Below, one piece after another: positions 7,182 to 12,243 of a stretch of 12,243 nucleotides of DNA. Both the position numbers and the translations under genes were made by a program. Source of the stretch: an uncultured archaeon (lineage in GTDB: Archaea; Asgardarchaeota; Thorarchaeia; Thorarchaeales; Thorarchaeaceae); the NCBI GenBank assembly GCA_964631415.1, contig CAZVZC010000048.1, positions 1-12,243 of the forward strand, given 5' to 3'. The notes under the pieces were generated by a model. It was not told where the DNA came from. It worked only from the letters and a program-made list of their open reading frames with translations, and did no database searches. Position 1 is the first letter of the stretch; every line of letters begins with the position of its first letter.

Positions 7182-8213
7182 ATGACCTCAGAAGAACCTT
7201 CAGGGAACTCACTCCTGCTCCGGTTTCCCAGAAGGATTTGGTCATACGTTTTGGGTGGGCTTCGGACTGTCAGGAGGGTCCGGGGACCGGCGGCGCAGGA
7301 TCTCGTTGGCAGGTTTGTCCTTCTCGTACCAGCGTTCGCAGGTTCTACTTTGATCATCCTGATTCTGGCCTTTCTCTGGTACGAAGCAACACCTGTCTTC
7401 TTGGATCCTCGAGGAGGACCTTCGATTCTTGTGCAGCCCATCTGGGACCCAAACAGGGACCTCTTCGGTATTGCGGTGTTCATAGTTGGGTCCTTCGTCT
7501 GCACGTTTCTAGCCATCGCAATGGCTGTTCCATTGGGTGTTGGAGCTGCAGTGTTCCTGAGCGAGTTCTGCCCACTAAGGATCCGAACATCGATACGGAT
7601 GATTGTGGAGATGATGGCCGCAATACCATCCATAGTGTATGGACTGTGGGCCTATGTCGTGATGGTTCCTTGGATCAAGAACTCACTTGCACCTGCGGTA
7701 CAGTCGAACCCATTGACATCTTGGATGCCCTGGTTCCAAGGTTCGACTAATGGCCTCAGTGTTCTTGCCGGCAGCGTCATTCTTGCCATAATGCTGTTGC
7801 CCACGGTGGTAGCAGTTTCTGATGATGCACTACAGTCTGTCCCCAGGACGTACCGAGAGGCCTCACTGGCGCTTGGTGCGACTAAGACGGAAACAGCCCG
7901 AAAGATTGTGGTTTCTGCGGCAATACCAGGCATAGGGGCCGCCATAGTGCTGTCGCTAGGAAGAGCGGTGGGCGAGACGATGGCTGTGCTCATGGTGACA
8001 GGCAACTCTCTGCAGGTGCCCTACTCACTCTTCGACCCCACATATGTCATGACCAGCATAATCACAAATCAGCTCGGCTATGCCTTCGTCTTTCCACTCT
8101 GGAGGTCAGCGCTCTTTGCAGTGGCACTTGTCCTGCTAATGATGTCCATATCTTTCACAGTCATTGCCAAGTGGTTCGTGAGATGGGGAATGAAGACTAG
8201 AGGTCTGGTTTAG
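7182..8213 (+). CDS. pstC: Phosphate ABC transporter permease PstC
   Basis: 'WDP...FGI', 'VPLGVGAAVFLSE', 'EMMAAIPSIVYGLW', EAA loop 'REASLALGATKTET' and 'LGRAVGETMAVLMVTGN'. GGTGA SD. Confidence 0.95.
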   Translation: MTSEEPSGNSLLLRFPRRIWSYVLGGLRTVRRVRGPAAQDLVGRFVLLVPAFAGSTLIILILAFLWYEATPVFLDPRGGPSILVQPIWDPNRDLFGIAVFIVGSFVCTFLAIAMAVPLGVGAAVFLSEFCPLRIRTSIRMIVEMMAAIPSIVYGLWAYVVMVPWIKNSLAPAVQSNPLTSWMPWFQGSTNGLSVLAGSVILAIMLLPTVVAVSDDALQSVPRTYREASLALGATKTETARKIVVSAAIPGIGAAIVLSLGRAVGETMAVLMVTGNSLQVPYSLFDPTYVMTSIITNQLGYAFVFPLWRSALFAVALVLLMMSISFTVIAKWFVRWGMKTRGLV

Positions 8214-8224
8214 GGTGTGATCAA

Positions 8225-9196
8225 ATGGTAAGAAATCGTGCTTCCGCAACCTCCAATGAGGTGAGTGAAACCCCCGTTTCAACTCCTATGCAGCCTGAGA
8301 TCGAGGGCAAGAGGAGACTGCTGCTCTGGGTGAAGGCTCAGTTGCTGGTCAGAACTAGGCGTGAGCTGAAGGACCTGCTTCTGAAGATTGTGTTTGCGGT
8401 GGCAATGCTGATTGTTGTCCTTCCATTCTTCCTCGTCGTCGTCCATCTGGCAATCGTGGGACTGGGCGGACTTACTCTGGACTTCTTCACGACACTCCCG
8501 GGTCCCTCTCTGGCAGGAGGCATCCGCAACGCACTTGCCGGGACATTCCTTCTCGTGCTCGTCGCAGGTGCGGTTGGCATTCCTCTGAGTGTGTTGGGCG
8601 CAGTATACATCAACGAGTACTCCCGTCCAGGGAAAATACGCAGCATGGTTGAGTTCGCATCTGATGTCTTGGCCGGCATACCGTCCATTGTATTCGGAGC
8701 CTTTGGGTTCGCATTTGTTGTGGTCTTCCTTGGTGTGGGAATGGGACTTGTATCAGGAGGGCTGACTCTAGCCTTCATGATGATTCCTACAGTCCTAAGG
8801 ACGACTCAGGAGGCGTTGCGGCAGGTCCCGGTTTCGTTGCGAGAGGCGTCACTTGCCTTGGGAGCTACAAAGTGGACTACAACTTGGCGAGTCACGATAA
8901 GAGCAGCTTTTCCGGGCATCATGACGGGGGTGCTACTGGCAATAGGACGAGTCATGGGTGAGACCGCCCCATTGATATTCACATCGGGCAACAGCCTCGG
9001 CGTCCCGACCTCGATTGTGGGTCCGGCTTCATGGGTTGCATCACTTCCGTACACAATCTGGGCATATGTCAGTGACCCCCGGCCGTATCTTCAGGTGAAG
9101 GCCCACTCCACTGCTCTTGCCCTGCTCATCATAGTCTTGGCTGTGGACGTGATTGCCAACTACCTGTCGAGAAAAGTGACTAGGAGACTTGTATGA
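8225..9196 (+). CDS. pstA: Phosphate ABC transporter permease PstA
   Basis: 'GGIRNALAGT', 'AVYINEY', 'LAGIPSIVFG', EAA loop 'REASLALGATKW' and 'GRVMGETAPL'. Confidence 0.95.
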   Translation: MVRNRASATSNEVSETPVSTPMQPEIEGKRRLLLWVKAQLLVRTRRELKDLLLKIVFAVAMLIVVLPFFLVVVHLAIVGLGGLTLDFFTTLPGPSLAGGIRNALAGTFLLVLVAGAVGIPLSVLGAVYINEYSRPGKIRSMVEFASDVLAGIPSIVFGAFGFAFVVVFLGVGMGLVSGGLTLAFMMIPTVLRTTQEALRQVPVSLREASLALGATKWTTTWRVTIRAAFPGIMTGVLLAIGRVMGETAPLIFTSGNSLGVPTSIVGPASWVASLPYTIWAYVSDPRPYLQVKAHSTALALLIIVLAVDVIANYLSRKVTRRLV

Positions 9197-9960
9197 TGAC
9201 AGCCTGGAAGCATCAGATTGAGATCCACGACCTATCCACATGGTTCGGACCAAAGCAGGTCCTGAAGGGCATCACATGCCACTTCAGTGACAACGAAGTG
9301 ACAGCTATCATGGGTCCATCAGGCTGTGGGAAGAGCACGCTCCTTCGGACGATCAACAGGCTCAACGACATCATTGGCAACTTCAGGATGAAGGGCAGGG
9401 TCCTGCTTGAGGGAGAAGATATCTATGGTCCCCAAGCGAATGTATATGAGCTGAGACGAAAGATCGGGATGGTCTTCCAGCAGCCAAACCCCTTCCCTAT
9501 GAGCATCAGGGACAACGTCAAGTACGGGCCAAGGCTGCACGGTATAAAGGATGGAAACCAGCTGGAGAAGATAGTGGAGACATCTCTCAGAAGAGCCGCT
9601 CTTTGGGATGAGGTCAAAGACTGTCTTGACGAACCTGCACCAAACCTGTCAGGGGGTCAGCAGCAGAGACTCTGCATCGCCAGAGCGCTGTCAGTCGATC
9701 CGCCCGTGCTCCTCATGGATGAGCCAGTTTCGTCTCTGGACCCCATAAGCGCGGCCAAGATTGAGAACCTGATAGTAGAGCTGAAGAAGGACTACACGAT
9801 CATAATGGTCACACACAATGTGCAGCAGGCATTCAGGGTGTCTGACCAAGCAGCCTTCCTCTATCTCGGTGAGCTGGTCGAGTTCGACAGGACGAGCCGC
9901 ATTGCTGAGGCACCAGCTGATGAGAGGACAGAAGCATTCATCACTGGCCGTATCGGGTAG
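9193..9960 (+). CDS. pstB: Phosphate ABC transporter ATP-binding protein PstB
   Basis: GPSGCGKST, 'IGMVFQQPNPFPMSIRDNV', 'LRRAALWDEVKD', LSGGQQQRLCIARAL, 'TEAFITGRIG'. ATGA overlap with the pstA stop suggests translational coupling. Confidence 0.96.
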   Translation: MMTAWKHQIEIHDLSTWFGPKQVLKGITCHFSDNEVTAIMGPSGCGKSTLLRTINRLNDIIGNFRMKGRVLLEGEDIYGPQANVYELRRKIGMVFQQPNPFPMSIRDNVKYGPRLHGIKDGNQLEKIVETSLRRAALWDEVKDCLDEPAPNLSGGQQQRLCIARALSVDPPVLLMDEPVSSLDPISAAKIENLIVELKKDYTIIMVTHNVQQAFRVSDQAAFLYLGELVEFDRTSRIAEAPADERTEAFITGRIG

Positions 9961-9968
9961 GTGATTAG

Positions 9969-10655
9969 ATGAAGACCCAAATCGAGATCTACATTGGAGA
10001 GATTGAAGAGAAGCTTCGGCGAGAACAGGAAATGGTCACCGACGCCGTCTTGGACTCGATGAAGGCTTTTGAGGCTCTGGACCTATCTCTTGCATCTAGG
10101 GTCAAGGAAGCGAGCAGGGCAATCGAGGAACTCTCGGACAACGTTGAGGCACATGTCTTCGAAACCATCGCACGCAGACAGCCTGTTGCTAGAGACCTCA
10201 GGAAGCTTGCGGCGTACTTACATGTAGCACACAGTTTTTACAGGATAGGACGCTACGCATACAAGATAGCTCACATAGTCCACCTAAGTCAAGGTCTCCA
10301 ACACTACAAGGAACTGCAGATACTGCCGCGCATGGCACAGATGGCCAGGAGGACAGTTGACATTGCCATGAATGCATTGCTCACAGGTGACCTATCTGGC
10401 ATTGGAGAGCTAGAGGAGCTAGAGGCACAAATAGACAAAGAAACAGAAGACATGTTTGAAGAGATCGTGGGATACCTTCGACAGCGGCAGGACATAACCA
10501 GGATGTCTCTGTTCTATATATTGGTGGGCAGATACTTCGAGCGTACTTCCGACCACGCGCTCATGATAGCAGAGAGAGCGATATACATGGTAACGGGAAG
10601 AAAGAGGAAGCTCGGCCTCGCATATCGCGACAGAAAACCGACGGCACCTCACTAG
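9969..10655 (+). CDS. phoU: Phosphate signalling complex protein PhoU
   Basis: 'IARRQPVARDLR', 'YRIGRYAYKIA' and 'GRYFERTSDHA..IAER.IYMVTG'. GGTGAT SD; last gene of the pst operon. Confidence 0.93.
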   Translation: MKTQIEIYIGEIEEKLRREQEMVTDAVLDSMKAFEALDLSLASRVKEASRAIEELSDNVEAHVFETIARRQPVARDLRKLAAYLHVAHSFYRIGRYAYKIAHIVHLSQGLQHYKELQILPRMAQMARRTVDIAMNALLTGDLSGIGELEELEAQIDKETEDMFEEIVGYLRQRQDITRMSLFYILVGRYFERTSDHALMIAERAIYMVTGRKRKLGLAYRDRKPTAPH

Positions 10656-10695
10656 TCCTTTTCTCGCTGACCTAAACACCGGAGTTGTCTTGGCT

Positions 10696-11184
10696 TTAGC
10701 TGCGTGCACCATGGACTTTCAAGGCCAGTTCGGCGATTCTCTTTCCCAGCTCCTTGCACACGTCTACTTCCTTGTCCTTTGGTGCTCCTACGGCAGCTGC
10801 ACCGTAGTGTTTGTTATCATCTCTCCCAACGACCACCATTCCGTGAATTAGCATCGCATTCAAGATTGAGAGAAGAGTGGTTTCAGCACCTGAAGCCGTG
10901 CCCCCTGAGCTCGTGAACGCGCCACCCACCTTGCCTTTCAGCTTCCCGTGTATCGTTGCAGTCGTGTCGATGAATGACTTGAGTTTGCCCGACATCTGTC
11001 CATAATACGTTGGCGAGCCCATTATGATGGCCTGAGCGGCCAAGAGATCCTCATGGGTCGCTGCGTCAACCTTCTTGACGACAACCTCAACATTCTTGAC
11101 CTCTCGAGCGCCGGTGGCGACGAGAGTCGCCATTTTCTCAGTGTTCCCTGTGTCGGAATCATAGATGACAAGAACCTTCAGCAT
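10696..11184 (-). CDS. WrbA-like flavodoxin / NAD(P)H-dependent FMN oxidoreductase
   Basis: FMN-binding 'YDSDTGNTEKMA', 'GSPTYYG' and 'LKGKVGGAFTSSG...GAETT'. Start placed at ATG 11184 (MLKVLVIY), not at the ORF-track 11289. Confidence 0.9.
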   Translation of the reverse strand: MLKVLVIYDSDTGNTEKMATLVATGAREVKNVEVVVKKVDAATHEDLLAAQAIIMGSPTYYGQMSGKLKSFIDTTATIHGKLKGKVGGAFTSSGGTASGAETTLLSILNAMLIHGMVVVGRDDNKHYGAAAVGAPKDKEVDVCKELGKRIAELALKVHGARS

Positions 11185-11238
11185 GTGCACGGGTGCCGAC
11201 TCGCGCCCTTGATACCTGTTTCGGCTTACGCCATTGCC

Positions 11239-11290
11239 AGCGAACACCGCACCCTTTCTGTGATTCCACATGTGTTGATGAGCGAACACC
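11239..11290. repeat. Perfect 10-bp direct repeat AGCGAACACC, 42-bp period
   Basis: Copies at 11239-11248 and 11281-11290 in the intergenic region upstream of the flavodoxin. Confidence 0.7.
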
Positions 11291-11295
11291 TCCTG

Positions 11296-11751
11296 TCAGA
11301 CGAGTTTGATCCTCCACAGGCGATATGTCTCGAACCAACCGAATAGAGCGCCCACAATGCCCAGCGCCATAGCTGCGTATCTGTCAAACGGGCCTACGGG
11401 GGTGAACAATGCAATGGCTAGGTAGGCGAGGGTGAAGGCGGTGAAAAAGAATGCCACGAACGCGTATCTTGGTAGGAGAACTCCTCTGTACGCAACGAAG
11501 TTACGGAGGGTCCCAACCTTCACTATCTGCTTTAGTTCGTAAGAGTTGTCGATCTGCTTGGCAATCAGGTCAAGATCAAGAAGCTTGGACAGATGGTGGC
11601 TAGCTACGGATGGACTGGACATGCCTAGCGCGCGCTGCACTTCTCTCACACCAACGGGCTTTGACTGTTGCAGCATGTACCAGTAGACTCTCAGTGTGTT
11701 GCCTCTCAGTTCTGCTTCCAACTCATGAGTGTCTCTTTCTTCGCCCGTCAC
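11296..11751 (-). CDS. Membrane-tethered winged-helix (ArsR-like) transcriptional regulator
   Basis: 'LRGNTLRVYWYML...VGVREVQRALGMSSPSVASHHLSKL...LI....SY' wHTH, then 'LPRY' and two TM helices. Likely GTG start at 11751 (GGTGG upstream) rather than 11868; GTG 11760 is an alternative. Confidence 0.85.
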   Translation of the reverse strand: MTGEERDTHELEAELRGNTLRVYWYMLQQSKPVGVREVQRALGMSSPSVASHHLSKLLDLDLIAKQIDNSYELKQIVKVGTLRNFVAYRGVLLPRYAFVAFFFTAFTLAYLAIALFTPVGPFDRYAAMALGIVGALFGWFETYRLWRIKLV

Positions 11752-11799
11752 GCGCGCCACCAAGAGGCCGGCTGCTCGTTTTGCAGATAATCTCTTCCC

Positions 11800-11831
11800 T
11801 GTTCTAATCCCTGAACACCATGTTCTATTCC
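11800..11831. promoter_or_regulatory. Candidate operator array in the wHTH / DUF3160 divergent promoter
   Basis: TGTTCTAATCC (11800-11810) and TGTTCTATTCC (11821-11831) at a 21-bp period, with an inverted GAACA (11813-11817) between them. Confidence 0.5.
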
Positions 11832-11866
11832 GTGGCTCTAAGTGCAACTGTGATAGTCCATGATGC

Positions 11867-12243
11867 ATGATTCCGGCGCCAATAGTGAGGGAACTTGACC
11901 ATCAGACAAAGCGCAAGATGGTTGCTGGAGGTGTGTCCGCCTCTCTGATAGCGGTCAGCCTTGTCGCAGGTCTTGGTGCATTCGCAGGTGTGTTCTGGTA
12001 CTTGCCCAATGGCCATAACCCCCTGAACCCGCAGTATTTTACGATCAATGTCACCGTCCCCAACTCTTTTGCAGACTATGTCCCATATGACGAGAGTTTT
12101 GTCCCCAACGCGCCGGCCTACAGTCTCGGGACTGGTCTATCCAACATAGTCAATCTGAACCAGTTCTCATACCTCACAGCATCAGACCGTCTATTGCTTG
12201 AGAGAAATGGATTCATTGTCAAGCCTCAGTCCTACTACAAGCA
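11867..12243 (+). CDS. 5' part of a membrane-anchored extracellular protein, DUF3160-like (partial)
   Basis: Open frame absent from the ORF track: MIPAPIVRELDHQTKRKMVAGGVSASLIAVSLVAGLGAFAGVFWYLP...FADYVPYDESFVPNAPAYSLGTGLSNIVNLNQFSYLTASDRLLLERNGFIVKPQSYYK, running off the edge. 'P.Y....LSNI.N....L.....LL..NGF.V' resembles DUF3160 N-termini (recalled). Exact start uncertain. Confidence 0.7.
   Translation, partial: MIPAPIVRELDHQTKRKMVAGGVSASLIAVSLVAGLGAFAGVFWYLPNGHNPLNPQYFTINVTVPNSFADYVPYDESFVPNAPAYSLGTGLSNIVNLNQFSYLTASDRLLLERNGFIVKPQSYYK

Noticed and set aside
11185-11289. 35-aa N-terminal extension of the flavodoxin
   Set aside because: The fold starts at MLKVLVIY, and the AGGAGG overlaps GTG 11289, so it cannot serve as its SD.
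11752-11868. N-terminal extension of the wHTH regulator
   Set aside because: It would fill the whole divergent promoter and abut the opposite gene's start, and the sequence does not look protein-like.
1-12243. CRISPR arrays, tRNA/rRNA, transposases, integrases, defence genes
   Set aside because: No regularly spaced repeats, cloverleafs or recombinase/nuclease motifs were seen, and all intergenic gaps are under about 140 nt.

Overview
A gene-dense window that looks archaeal: TATA-like boxes about 25 nt before several starts, GGTG(A) ribosome-binding sites, an AbrB-PhoU regulator and a transmembrane (TM)-anchored non-lipoprotein PstS. An Asgard/Thorarchaeota-like origin is my inference only. 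The core is a complete phosphate-uptake locus, pstS-pstC-pstA-pstB-phoU (+), divergent from an AbrB/MazE-PhoU regulator (-). Downstream of the regulator on the minus strand are a three-Cys arsenate reductase ArsC, a rubrerythrin-VIT1/CCC1 iron transporter, a membrane-anchored M23 peptidase with an altered catalytic motif, a conserved small membrane protein and a 3-TM protein with a beta-sandwich domain. The left edge has the end of a NitT/TauT ABC permease and its ATPase. The right side has a WrbA-like flavodoxin, a membrane-tethered winged-helix regulator and a divergent partial DUF3160-like surface protein. Best leads: (i) a PstS lacking the arsenate-discriminating Asp next to an orphan arsC; (ii) a membrane-bound wHTH regulator flanked on both sides by helically phased GAACA(CC) repeats; (iii) an M23-fold enzyme in an apparent archaeon; (iv) candidate operator elements in the pst divergent promoter. 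I saw no RNA genes, CRISPR arrays or mobile elements.
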